From contig CAZLEV010000013.1 in the NCBI GenBank assembly GCA_964558645.1, forward strand, positions 44,995 through 108,994: 64,000 nt of DNA, in the 5' to 3' direction. This stretch comes from an uncultured archaeon (GTDB taxonomy: Archaea > Asgardarchaeota > Thorarchaeia > Thorarchaeales > Thorarchaeaceae). Positions 1 to 9,583 of this stretch are shown here, piece by piece. Position 1 is the first letter of the stretch; every line of letters begins with the position of its first letter. A program made the position numbers and the translations under genes. The notes under the pieces were generated by a model. It did not search any database and was not told the origin of the DNA. It was given only the letters and a program-made list of their open reading frames with translations.

Positions 1-3000
1 CTTGATACACCGGCGCTATCGGCCCCGGCGTACGAACACCAGTTGCAGACTATTGTAAGGATTCGTGGTTGGTTCGCAGGCATGTCAGAGAGAGCTGCGC
101 GGATTTGAGCCAGAATCTGGTCATCTGTGAAGTGTTTCATCGTGATGGCACCAGCGGGACAACCAGCAGCACACTTCCCACAACCCTGACAGAGTACAGG
201 ATTCGACATGGCATAGTCATGACCCCCATCGCCCGGGATCACCTCAATAGCGTTGTACGAGCAGTTGATCTCGCAAGTACCACAGCCAACACAGACCTCG
301 GGGTCAACAACTGAAACAATCGCCTCAGCCTTCCTTATGCCACTAACAAGAGGTATGAGAGCACGAGCGGCCGCACCTCGACCCTGTGCGATTGCTTCAT
401 CAATCGGTTTGGGAGCAGTTGCAGTTCCGGCTACGTAGACACCATCAGTCTGGAAATCAACGGGCCTGAGCTTTGGATGTGCCTCCATGAAGAATCCCGA
501 CATGTTCGTGGGAATCTTGAAGATCTCGCCCAGATCCTTGTTTGTTTCACAAGGAACCATTGCGGTTGCCAGAATTGCATAATCAACGTCCAAGTTGAGT
601 TTCGCGCCGAGAATCTGGTCCAACACCTCAACACGTACCGCAGTGGAATGACCCTTCTTCACTTCAGGAGGGCTATCCTTATCGAATCGGATGAAGACAA
701 CTCCCCTCTTTCGTGCATCCCGGTACTTGTCTTCAGCCGCATAGTGGACCCTTAGGTCACGATAGAGATGGAAGACTCGGGACTCAGGGCGTTTCTCCAA
801 GAGCTCCAGTGTGTGTTCGAGAGCGACAGTACAACATATCCCTGAACACCAGGTTCGAGCGCCCTCAAGGGACTCATCCTCACGGGAACCAGCACAATGA
901 ATCACAGCATAGGTCCCATCGACAGGAAGACCATCCTCATTGATTCTACGGTTGAATTCTTCCTCAGTAATGACCTCGGGAATCTTCTTGAATCCATAGA
1001 GACCCTCTTCCTCCAATGATTGTGCGCCTGTTGCAACGATTACAACCCCCACTTTGAGGTCCGTCTTCTTCTTGCCGGTCTTGATGACCACCTCGAAGTC
1101 ACCAATAGAACCCTTAGCGTCGACAACTTCTGATTCGAGCATCAAATCGATGTTTTCGATGTTAGATATCTCATTTCGAAGCTCCTCAACAACATCGGAG
1201 GTCGACCTGAAATCGAAGTTAACAGTTGCAAGACTGTTCAGATATCCACCGACTCTATCCTTCTTCTCAATGAGATAGACCTTGAAGCCCTTCTCGGCAA
1301 TTGCCTTCGCAGCAGACATCCCCGCCACACCAGCACCGATGACAAGAGCACTCGGTTCGATATCGGTGACGGCCTCTTCCTGCGGCTCCAGTAGCCTAGA
1401 CTTAGCCACAGCCATTCTGACAAGATCCATCGCCTTTGAAGTCGCCTCATCCTTTGCGCCCTGATGAATCCACGAGCAATGTTCTCGAATATTGGCCATT
1501 TCAAAGAGGTACTTGTTTAGTCCTGCTTCCTCGATGGTTGAGCGAAACAGCGGCTCATGCGTACGGGGTGTGCAAGATGCAACAACGACACGGTTGAGAT
1601 TGTGTTCTTTGATGGCATCCTTGATCACCACTTGAGCGTCAGAGGAACAAGAATAGAGCAGGTTCTCGGTATAGACAACTCCCGGAAGACTATCTGCATA
1701 GTTCCTCACTTCATCAACATCAACCGTTCCCGCAATATTGATACCACAAGAGCAAACGAAGACACCAACACGAGGGTCAGCCGTCATCATGTCGAGATCG
1801 GCCTCTGTCAGCTCCTCGGTCTCACGTCGCTCTGGAAGGCCGGTGTCCTGTATCGCTAATGCCGCAGCGGCGCTACCTTGAGCCACAGAATCAGGGATAT
1901 CTTTTGGTTGATTAACGGAGCCACACATGTATATCCCTGGAACCGTCGTCATCACGCTCTCGATGTGGCCATCGGGGCCATGCACAAAGCCGTATTGATC
2001 CACATCTATTCCCAGAGTCTCATACAGTTCTGCATTCTCGTTTGGTACCATAGCTGGACAGAGAACCACTAGGTCATAGTGGTCATCCAGAACTTCATGC
2101 CCCTTCGCATCGCTATGTCGTACAATCAGTCCTCGGGTCTTCGGGTCCTCGATGATCTCACTGGGAAGACCCTTCACGTAGTTGATTCCGTACTCATTCT
2201 CGCCCCGTACAAGAAACTCCTCAAATCCCTTGCCGAAGGCACGCATATCATTATAGAGGAGATCGATATGTACCTCTGGCGTGTGCTCTTTGGTGATTAT
2301 TGCCTCTTTCGTAGCATAGGTACAACATATCTTTGAACAATAGGCACAATGATTCACATCGCGACTGCCCACACACTGGATAAAGGCAATCCTGTGGGGT
2401 TCAAGTCCATCCGAGGGGCGCATGACAACACCTTCGGTCGGACCACTGGCTGAAACCATTCTCTCGTATTCAAGAGCAGTCACAACGTTGGGGTATCGAC
2501 CGTAACCATACTCTTTGACCTCTGATGGATCAAGAAGATGATAGCCAGTTGCAAGGATGATTGCCCCTGCGTTGATTTCGATGGTTTCGTCCGGGATGGA
2601 GAAATCGATTGCTTCAGCCCTGCAGCTGTTGACACACGTCATGCACTGAATACAGTTCTCGATATCTATGGTCGCAACATTGGGTACTGCCTGTGGGAAC
2701 GGAATGTACGACGCCTTGCGCATCTTCAGGCCCATGTCGTATTCATTTGGAACTTCAATGGGACAGACACGCTGGCAGTCACCACACCCAGTACACTTCT
2801 CCGGGTCAACTCGGCGGGTATGCTTCAATACGTTCACTGTGAAGTCACCCTGAACACCGGCGACTTCAATCACCTCAGAATAGGACAATATCTCGATGTT
2901 GGGATGACGGCTTGCATCAACCATCCATGGTCCCATGATACACATGGAACAGTCCAACGTTGGAAAGGTCTTGTCTAGTTGAGCCATATGGCCTCCTATG

Positions 3001-3110
3001 GACGGTTCACGCTCCACCAAGAATACTTTGACACCCATATCTGCAAGGTCTAGGGATGCGCGGATGCCTGCGATTCCTGCACCGATGATTACGATTGGCT
3101 TTCCTGCCAT
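1..3110 (-). CDS. hdrA: Large tandem heterodisulfide reductase subunit A fused to a C-terminal MvhD domain (3'-partial, runs off window)
   Basis: Manual translation from ATG 3110: MAGKPIVIIGAGIAG...GGHMAQLDKTFPTLDCSMC; ferredoxin CTGCGDCQRVCP; CVGSR..CSKICC; internal GVFVCSCGINIAG/SCTPRTHEPLF domain; second GAGVAG FAD motif; CVGCGTC/CQGCGKC; ends IVCNWCSYAGADSAGVS (MvhD signature). It is absent from the ORF track because no stop lies in the window. Confidence 0.95.
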   Translation of the reverse strand, partial: MAGKPIVIIGAGIAGIRASLDLADMGVKVFLVEREPSIGGHMAQLDKTFPTLDCSMCIMGPWMVDASRHPNIEILSYSEVIEVAGVQGDFTVNVLKHTRRVDPEKCTGCGDCQRVCPIEVPNEYDMGLKMRKASYIPFPQAVPNVATIDIENCIQCMTCVNSCRAEAIDFSIPDETIEINAGAIILATGYHLLDPSEVKEYGYGRYPNVVTALEYERMVSASGPTEGVVMRPSDGLEPHRIAFIQCVGSRDVNHCAYCSKICCTYATKEAIITKEHTPEVHIDLLYNDMRAFGKGFEEFLVRGENEYGINYVKGLPSEIIEDPKTRGLIVRHSDAKGHEVLDDHYDLVVLCPAMVPNENAELYETLGIDVDQYGFVHGPDGHIESVMTTVPGIYMCGSVNQPKDIPDSVAQGSAAAALAIQDTGLPERRETEELTEADLDMMTADPRVGVFVCSCGINIAGTVDVDEVRNYADSLPGVVYTENLLYSCSSDAQVVIKDAIKEHNLNRVVVASCTPRTHEPLFRSTIEEAGLNKYLFEMANIREHCSWIHQGAKDEATSKAMDLVRMAVAKSRLLEPQEEAVTDIEPSALVIGAGVAGMSAAKAIAEKGFKVYLIEKKDRVGGYLNSLATVNFDFRSTSDVVEELRNEISNIENIDLMLESEVVDAKGSIGDFEVVIKTGKKKTDLKVGVVIVATGAQSLEEEGLYGFKKIPEVITEEEFNRRINEDGLPVDGTYAVIHCAGSREDESLEGARTWCSGICCTVALEHTLELLEKRPESRVFHLYRDLRVHYAAEDKYRDARKRGVVFIRFDKDSPPEVKKGHSTAVRVEVLDQILGAKLNLDVDYAILATAMVPCETNKDLGEIFKIPTNMSGFFMEAHPKLRPVDFQTDGVYVAGTATAPKPIDEAIAQGRGAAARALIPLVSGIRKAEAIVSVVDPEVCVGCGTCEINCSYNAIEVIPGDGGHDYAMSNPVLCQGCGKCAAGCPAGAITMKHFTDDQILAQIRAALSDMPANQPRILTIVCNWCSYAGADSAGVS

Positions 3111-3522
3111 TACCGTGTTCACTCCGTTGGCGTCATCGCGTTGGTCTGAAACCGATGATAAAAGCTTAGTTGTGTGACGTTAACGAGCCGGCAACGTACT
3201 ACGAGCCGATTGGCGCGAAATGCATCCTTGATGTCTCACCAGTGTCCATTCACCGATGAGCATTAATATTACGGGGGCAATACATGGATGGGACGCAGAT
3301 GAAGGCTACAAGATTGTACACCCGTGCATATATTTCTAGAAATCACTCATATTCTAAGAACGATGTTGATACATACGAAGAGCTGGCCAACATGGAGATC
3401 GTGGTCCCTCCACCCAAGCAACCCACGTGAGAGTACAGTTCTTCTATCTTCTATCTGGTTGCATCGAGCGTCTGAGCACTGCCAAGTGTTCGTTTGAACT
3501 GCACTTGGTTGTACATTAGATT

Positions 3523-4239
3523 TCAGATCTTTTCGAGGCGTGCCCTTACTACACTACCACAATAGTTGCACTTCGCCTCAAGTGGTCCGGTCCAGTCGAT
3601 GTCCTCCTGCGAAAGCGATGCACCACACGAGGGGCACTTGGCCGGGAGACGAACTGTTCGAATGTCAGCAGTCTCGGGCTTCTGACGATAGCTCTTGGGA
3701 ATTACAAACGCAGGAGCCTCAACTTGCATGCCTTGATCAACAGAACGACGACCCCTGGATTTCACCCCGTATACAATAGCGACCAACAAGCCAACAAGAA
3801 GCACGGGAGCGATGATCAACCAGACACCATAAGTAGCATACAGAGCACTGAAATCATCGTAGACACCAATATCGAAATAGCCAGCCTTACCGGCTTCCTC
3901 ATCGACCAAGATGTTGACAACCGTATCTTCTTCAAGTGTGAACTGTAGAGAAGCAGTTGTCTTGCTGGGACCTTCAGTTTCTGCAAGCACCACCGCAGTG
4001 TTTGCATCTGATACGGTGATGTCGAAAGTCATTCCCCAGAAAGCGACACTCTTGACAACCACAGTCCAACTCCCTGCAGTGAGATTTGCAAAATAGTATC
4101 CTCTTTCGTTCCCCCATAGATGTTCAAGGCTTCGGGTTTCGTTCGGATCAAGTCTGGCTCCAAATTGAGCCCTTGCACGCGGAACAGAAATCAATACCAA
4201 GAGAAAGATAAGACTCACCAAGATATGGCAACGGCGCAT
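3523..4239 (-). CDS. Membrane protein: signal peptide, extracellular beta domain, TM helix, C-terminal Zn ribbon
   Basis: Hydrophobic N-terminus; TM VWLIIAPVLLVGLLVAIVYGV; CPSCGA...DWTGPLEAKCNYC. Confidence 0.8.
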   Translation of the reverse strand: MRRCHILVSLIFLLVLISVPRARAQFGARLDPNETRSLEHLWGNERGYYFANLTAGSWTVVVKSVAFWGMTFDITVSDANTAVVLAETEGPSKTTASLQFTLEEDTVVNILVDEEAGKAGYFDIGVYDDFSALYATYGVWLIIAPVLLVGLLVAIVYGVKSRGRRSVDQGMQVEAPAFVIPKSYRQKPETADIRTVRLPAKCPSCGASLSQEDIDWTGPLEAKCNYCGSVVRARLEKI

Positions 4240-4352
4240 TCAATCTAACCTCGCTACAGGCTGAGTTACGACGCGCCTTAAACTTCTTTCCAAAAGAACG
4301 CCTGAGTGAAGCCAAGATCTATCGTGGGATGGCTAGCGAGGAAATAGGTCTT

Positions 4353-5270
4353 CTAGGCCTTGAGCCCAAGGACTTCCCAGTTGGGTTGACTCTTTCTCTG
4401 CATGTATTGAAGGTGCGTATCCAGACCGAACTCATCAGGATCATGGCCGAATGCAAGTGCAAGCAACTCGGTGACATGAAGTACGTCGAAGACATACTCG
4501 GCATCGAAGTGTTTCTGTATCTCCACCTGTCCAAGATCAAGCTGTAACTCACAGAACGGGCAGGGTGTCACAATCATATCGGCCCCTCCTGCCTCGATAA
4601 TGCTGTCAAACTTCTGCTTGGTGAAGTCCAAAGCCACAGCAATATCTGCTGTCCGAACTGCCCCTCCGGCACCGCAACACATCAGTTCGTCCTTGTAGGG
4701 AACATATTCTGCACCGGTGGTTTCGCAGAGCTCCCGGAAAATGTGGGGACGTTCAGAGTCGTCCTTCTGTTTCAGCAGCTTTGGCCGCATCCAATGGCAC
4801 CCCGGGTGCAAAGCCATTCTCACGCCCGTCATAGGTCGTTCGACATGTTTGCGGATCTTTTCAAGCCCTGCGGTGTCATAGAGCGCATCCACATAGTGAG
4901 TGACTTCGATAGAACCCTTGAACTCACGACCGATTTCTCTCAGGCCTGCATTCACAGCCTCACGCAGTTTTTCATCGTGCTTCAATTCGTGATTGGCATC
5001 CCAGAGGCTTGCAAAACAACCGTTACATCCAGTTGTAATCGGGTCACCTGTTTCCTCTGCAATAGTGAGATTTCGTGCAGCAATGGTTGCCCAAGTTATC
5101 CGATCAAAAGATCCGAATACGCCGGGTGCCGGGCAACAAGTCGCACCTTCCATGTCCAGAAGGTCCATATCAAGGTCTTCGAAGACCAGTCTGGTTGCCT
5201 TCTCAATGCTGGGGTATCTGTGCGGAATGATGCATCCTAGGAAATGATAGAAAGCAGGTCTCTTGGGCAA
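4353..5270 (-). CDS. hdrB: Heterodisulfide reductase subunit B (copy 1)
   Basis: Two CCG domains: FLGC..CCPAPG..GCNGC and HPGC..CCGAGG..CPFC. Confidence 0.95.
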   Translation of the reverse strand: MPKRPAFYHFLGCIIPHRYPSIEKATRLVFEDLDMDLLDMEGATCCPAPGVFGSFDRITWATIAARNLTIAEETGDPITTGCNGCFASLWDANHELKHDEKLREAVNAGLREIGREFKGSIEVTHYVDALYDTAGLEKIRKHVERPMTGVRMALHPGCHWMRPKLLKQKDDSERPHIFRELCETTGAEYVPYKDELMCCGAGGAVRTADIAVALDFTKQKFDSIIEAGGADMIVTPCPFCELQLDLGQVEIQKHFDAEYVFDVLHVTELLALAFGHDPDEFGLDTHLQYMQRKSQPNWEVLGLKA

Positions 5271-5276
5271 ATCAAA

Positions 5277-5852
5277 TCACTCCTCATCCTTCTCTTTTTC
5301 TTCAACGAGTTTGTCGAAATGGGTCTTCTTCGCAATCTTGACAACATCCGCGATGGCCTCGGGAAATCTACTGGCATTGGGGGGTATGGGTTCGAGTCCC
5401 ACCTTCTCTCGTAGTTTCTGCCAAGACTCCTTGTCAAGAGGGACTGCATGTCCAGCCTCAAGTACCTTCTGAGCAACTTTCTGATGAGGCTCCAGCATAT
5501 AGCCCTCCTGAACAGCAATGTTGCGGATTGCCTTGATGACATCTGTAGGCTTGACATCCTGAGGGCACCGGTCTGTACAGGTGTAGCAGGTGGTGCAATA
5601 CCATAGCTCCGGAGCAGAGATACAGTCCTCCTTCAGGCCAAGTAAGGCCTTCCGGATGATGCCTCTCACAAGGTAATTGGTTCTAGCACCAGCAGGACAG
5701 CTGCCGCTGCAGGTCCCACATTGATAGCAACTCTGGATGTTGGGCCCGCCGGTCCTTTTGATCATCTCGACGAACTCAGTGTCGGGCTCATCAAGAACAA
5801 TGGGGGCCTTTTCCTCAGCACTGGTCAAGTTTGTCCACCGACTTCTCGTCAT
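5277..5852 (-). CDS. hdrC: Heterodisulfide reductase subunit C (copy 1)
   Basis: CYQCGTCSGSCP and WYCTTCYTCTDRCP 4Fe-4S motifs; adjacent to hdrB. Confidence 0.95.
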   Translation of the reverse strand: MTRSRWTNLTSAEEKAPIVLDEPDTEFVEMIKRTGGPNIQSCYQCGTCSGSCPAGARTNYLVRGIIRKALLGLKEDCISAPELWYCTTCYTCTDRCPQDVKPTDVIKAIRNIAVQEGYMLEPHQKVAQKVLEAGHAVPLDKESWQKLREKVGLEPIPPNASRFPEAIADVVKIAKKTHFDKLVEEKEKDEE

Positions 5853-5955
5853 AGCGTTGAATGCGGCCTTAAATCCATTTGTCTAAGGCAGTATCGAGTG
5901 AGGCCCTTCATGACCGAGAAGATGCCAGAGGATTCCAAAGATTCATCCGAGTAAG

Positions 5956-7053
5956 ATGGATATCTTCGTCTTGATGAACTGCCCGAATCACTCCGAAGAA
6001 AGGCATGTTGCCTCCAGGACCGTGGGCTATTGCGGAGAATGCCTCATCGAAAATCCCGCACGGCTGCAAATAGCCTTGCTATCGCATGAAGCTCAAAGAA
6101 AGAAGATGGGGCTTGTGTCAGTAGTCCCGTCAGACGGGAATACTGTATGTACGGAATGCGGAAACCACTGCAGACTCAGGGATGGCGAGACCGGGTTCTG
6201 TGGACTACGTACTGCGAGAGAGGAATCCATCGTCGAGATATATCAGGACTCAGCAATCGTATCTTGGTATCGTGATCCGCTCCCAACGAACTGTGTCGCA
6301 GACTGGGTCTGTCCTGTCAGAGAACAGCATTGTGCGCCCAACGGAAAGAGAAGACATAATCTCGCAGTGTTCTATGGCTCCTGCAACTCCGACTGCCTGT
6401 TCTGTCAGAACTCGAGCTACAGAGACATGATGCGAGATGGGCATCCGCTGATGACTCCTGAGCAGTTGGCCTCCATGGTGAACGAAACTACAGCATGTAT
6501 CTGCTATTTCGGAGGGGACCCGTCCTGCAATGCTGAACACTCGATCAAGGCATCACGTATAGCCAATGAAGACAGAAGAGTTGCCATCTGCTATGAAACA
6601 AACGGAAATATCTCTCGAAAATGGCTTCACCCCATTGCAGATACCGTGGAGAACTATGGGGGCACTATCAAGTTTGACTTGAAGGCTGTTACTGAGGAGG
6701 TATACACCGCTCTGACGGGCATCTCAAATACCACTACTCTTCGAAACTTCAGGATCTTGGCTGAAAGAGGACTGAATCGCGATGGTGAGAGTCTAGTTGC
6801 CAGCATCCTATTGATACCTGGCTACGTGGGAACTAGAGAACTGAAGAAGATCTGTGAATTCATAGTTAGTTGTGACGATGCCATCCCCACTGCGCTCTTA
6901 GGATTCCAGCCCCACCACTGGATGAGAGACCTGCCAAGAACCAGTCAAGAGCATGCCGAGCAAGCCAAGAGTATTGCAGAAGAGGTGGGACTGAAGAATG
7001 TGCGAATAGGCAATCGCGGACTGCTCTCAGCTGCAGATTATCTTACAGATTGA
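5956..7053 (+). CDS. Radical SAM protein (PflA-like/AmmeMemoRadiSam-type) with Cys-rich N-terminus
   Basis: CNSDCLFC (CxxxCxxC), YFGGDP, ETNG, KFDLKA; CTECGNHC..GETGFCGLR N-terminal motif. Confidence 0.85.
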   Translation: MDIFVLMNCPNHSEERHVASRTVGYCGECLIENPARLQIALLSHEAQRKKMGLVSVVPSDGNTVCTECGNHCRLRDGETGFCGLRTAREESIVEIYQDSAIVSWYRDPLPTNCVADWVCPVREQHCAPNGKRRHNLAVFYGSCNSDCLFCQNSSYRDMMRDGHPLMTPEQLASMVNETTACICYFGGDPSCNAEHSIKASRIANEDRRVAICYETNGNISRKWLHPIADTVENYGGTIKFDLKAVTEEVYTALTGISNTTTLRNFRILAERGLNRDGESLVASILLIPGYVGTRELKKICEFIVSCDDAIPTALLGFQPHHWMRDLPRTSQEHAEQAKSIAEEVGLKNVRIGNRGLLSAADYLTD

Positions 7054-7142
7054 AAACAGAAGCACGCCGCCAGTGACTGAATCCTTATATCCTTCGAATC
7101 CTGCCAGCTGTCGTTATACAGCCGTAGCTTTGAGGACTCCCC

Positions 7143-7694
7143 ATGAATGACTCCATCTCAAGAGAAACGATAGAGAACGATTCCATTGACCCAGACTTCG
7201 TCGAAAAGATTGTTCAAGCAGGAGCGGACCGCATCAGAACGTGTATTCAGTGTGGAACATGCTCAAGTGTATGTCCGAGTGGTCGACGGACTGCATTCAG
7301 AACCAGAGAGCTCATGAGAAAGGCACTGCTGGGGTTGAAAGAAGAGGTGTTGAGCTCTCCAGACTTGTGGTTATGCGCGACGTGTCTCACCTGTCTTGAA
7401 CGATGCCCAAGGCAGATCAAGGTGACCGATGCGATTGTCATCATGAGGAACATGGCTGTTGAGGAGGGTTTCATGCTTCCTCAACATAGAAAGGTGTCAA
7501 AGAAGCTGCTCCAGACAGGCCATGCTGTGCCTTTAGATGAGGCAAACCAAGAGATGCGAAAGGAATTGGAAATCCCAGAAATACCACCCACGGTTCATGC
7601 TCATGAGGATGCGCTGGAAGATGTCAAGGAGATCATGAAGAGAACTGGCTTTGATAAGCTCATTCAAGAGAAAGAGGGAGGAGAGAAAGAATGA
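7143..7694 (+). CDS. hdrC: Heterodisulfide reductase subunit C (copy 2)
   Basis: CIQCGTCSSVCPSG and WLCATCLTCLERCP. Confidence 0.95.
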   Translation: MNDSISRETIENDSIDPDFVEKIVQAGADRIRTCIQCGTCSSVCPSGRRTAFRTRELMRKALLGLKEEVLSSPDLWLCATCLTCLERCPRQIKVTDAIVIMRNMAVEEGFMLPQHRKVSKKLLQTGHAVPLDEANQEMRKELEIPEIPPTVHAHEDALEDVKEIMKRTGFDKLIQEKEGGEKE

Positions 7695-8587
7695 CTGAAA
7701 CAAGGAAGTATTCGTTCTTCTTGGGATGCGTGATGCCGAACCGATTCCCGAATGTAGAAAAGAGTATCAGAGAGGTATTGCCGAGAATTGGTATCGAGCT
7801 AGAGGAACTTGAGGGTGCCAGCTGCTGTCCTGCTCCAGGAGTCATACGTTCATTTGATGAGCCAACTTGGTTGGCACTGGCTTCCCGAAACCTTGCACTT
7901 GCTGAGAAAGCAGGCAACGATCTGATAACCGGATGTAATGGTTGCTACGGTACTTTCAAGGAGACCTTGGCCGAACTCAGAGAAGATCCCGAACGGCTGA
8001 AAGAAGTGAAGGGGTATTTCCATGGACTAGGAATCCCATTCAAGGCCGAAGTAGATGCGAAGCACATCATCGAGGTCATCCATGAGATTGGACTTGAAGA
8101 AATCAAGGAACATATTGTACGCCCATTGGAGGGACTCAAAGTAGCAGTTCACTATGGATGTCATCTTCTGAAACCTAGTAATAACAGACCATGGGAGAAG
8201 ACACAGCGACACACGTTTCTGGATGAACTTGTCGATGTCACGGGGGCAAAGAGTATTCCGTATAAAGACAAGTTCATGTGTTGTGGTGCAGGTGGAGGCG
8301 TACGAGGAAGCAATGTCCCAGTCAGTGTAGACATTGCCAAGGAGAAGCTTGACAATATGATAGAGGCAGGGGTCGATGCAATAGTCAATGTCTGCTCTTT
8401 CTGTCATCTGCAGTTTGAGGTTTCACAGGCACAACTGAACAAGGAGCTTGGAGAACAGAGATACAAGATACCAGTGTTTTATTACACGCAGCTGTTGGGT
8501 CTGGCAATGGGTATGGATCCACAGTCACTGGGACTTCACAAGCATGTTGTCAGCACGGAGAGCCTTCTTGATCGGCTTCTGACCTAG
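7691..8587 (+). CDS. hdrB: Heterodisulfide reductase subunit B (copy 2)
   Basis: CCPAPG, GCNGC, HYGCH, CCGAGG, CSFC; 4-nt overlap with hdrC. Confidence 0.95.
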   Translation: MTETRKYSFFLGCVMPNRFPNVEKSIREVLPRIGIELEELEGASCCPAPGVIRSFDEPTWLALASRNLALAEKAGNDLITGCNGCYGTFKETLAELREDPERLKEVKGYFHGLGIPFKAEVDAKHIIEVIHEIGLEEIKEHIVRPLEGLKVAVHYGCHLLKPSNNRPWEKTQRHTFLDELVDVTGAKSIPYKDKFMCCGAGGGVRGSNVPVSVDIAKEKLDNMIEAGVDAIVNVCSFCHLQFEVSQAQLNKELGEQRYKIPVFYYTQLLGLAMGMDPQSLGLHKHVVSTESLLDRLLT

Positions 8588-8588
8588 T

Positions 8589-9503
8589 TCAGAGCCACCT
8601 CTTAGCAGCAAAGTAGACGATTAGTGCCATGATGGCACTTGTAGCAACCATCGCAGCCAAGAAAGCAGCTGTTGTGTCTAGGGGAGGAACCACTGTTGTT
8701 GATGTGATTGTAGTTGTTGTGGTTGTTGTAGTAAGCGTTGGGATAATACTCCCCGCTGTGAACGTACCATCCATCACTGCAGAAGTCGTATAGATGCCAT
8801 CGGTTGCCCGTACTTCGACCGAATAGTTTCCATGACGGGTGAAGCCGGTGCTATTCCATTCGAACCAAGTACGGTTGAGACCTGAGGCGAGGAGTTGGAA
8901 AGTGGTGCCACCATCTTGAGAAATCAAAACCTCATACCTCAGGACTTCATCGGTGTTGTTGTCATAGCCGAACCAAGTGATGTTATTGATTCCGGTCCAT
9001 ATGTCACCCGGTTCTGGAGACAATATCTCGACATGGGGGGCAAAGAAGTTGCCCAAAAAGACATTCGGCACCAATTCTGTGATGACAGTGCCATTAGTGA
9101 GGAGTGCTGACGCATTTACAAGGCAGGTGAAGTTGTTGCCGAGAGCCCGAGTATTGATGGACACAATATGAGAGGTAGTCCGATTTGAGATCACCTGTGG
9201 AACGACCGTGGCATTGACCTCAATTATCGATTCATTGACCTGGTCTGGATGGCTCCACTCGACCAAGATGATGATGTTGTCTCCTGCTATATGACTTCCG
9301 CTCTTAAGAGGCGTTGGCGTTGTGTTCCAGCGCGAGTAGTAAAAGACCTGTGCGGTGGGAGTTTCCGCACTCAGGCTATATGAAGCTGATTCATCAAAGG
9401 CAGTCAAGATTGAGGATGGCATGTCTTCTAGAATTGCCCCTTTAGCGGAGAAGAGCAGGACAATGAAGACAAGGAGGTAGATAGCATCTCTCTGGCTCAT
9501 CAT
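8589..9503 (-). CDS. Cell-surface glycoprotein with Ig/FN3-like domain, Thr-rich linker and C-terminal TM anchor
   Basis: Signal-like YLLVFIVLLFSAKG; many NxS/T sequons; ITWFGYD..YEVLISQDGGTTF; poly-Thr; TM then KRWL. Start moved from 9620 to avoid overlap with the upstream gene. Confidence 0.75.
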   Translation of the reverse strand: MMSQRDAIYLLVFIVLLFSAKGAILEDMPSSILTAFDESASYSLSAETPTAQVFYYSRWNTTPTPLKSGSHIAGDNIIILVEWSHPDQVNESIIEVNATVVPQVISNRTTSHIVSINTRALGNNFTCLVNASALLTNGTVITELVPNVFLGNFFAPHVEILSPEPGDIWTGINNITWFGYDNNTDEVLRYEVLISQDGGTTFQLLASGLNRTWFEWNSTGFTRHGNYSVEVRATDGIYTTSAVMDGTFTAGSIIPTLTTTTTTTTITSTTVVPPLDTTAAFLAAMVATSAIMALIVYFAAKRWL

Positions 9504-9583
9504 GGCATCCCTCATGTTATTAGCACGGTATCTTTCAGACAGCTGTATCTTGTCAGGTGTATACATAGTTCTAATCTTAGAAC

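Noticed and set aside
2930-2960. Selenocysteine in HdrA
   Set aside because: The candidate codon is TGT (Cys) and the frame has no internal TGA.
7060-7140. TTCGAATCC T-loop-like motif suggesting a tRNA
   Set aside because: No acceptor, D or anticodon stems can be formed; it sits just after a TTATAT box in the hdrC promoter.
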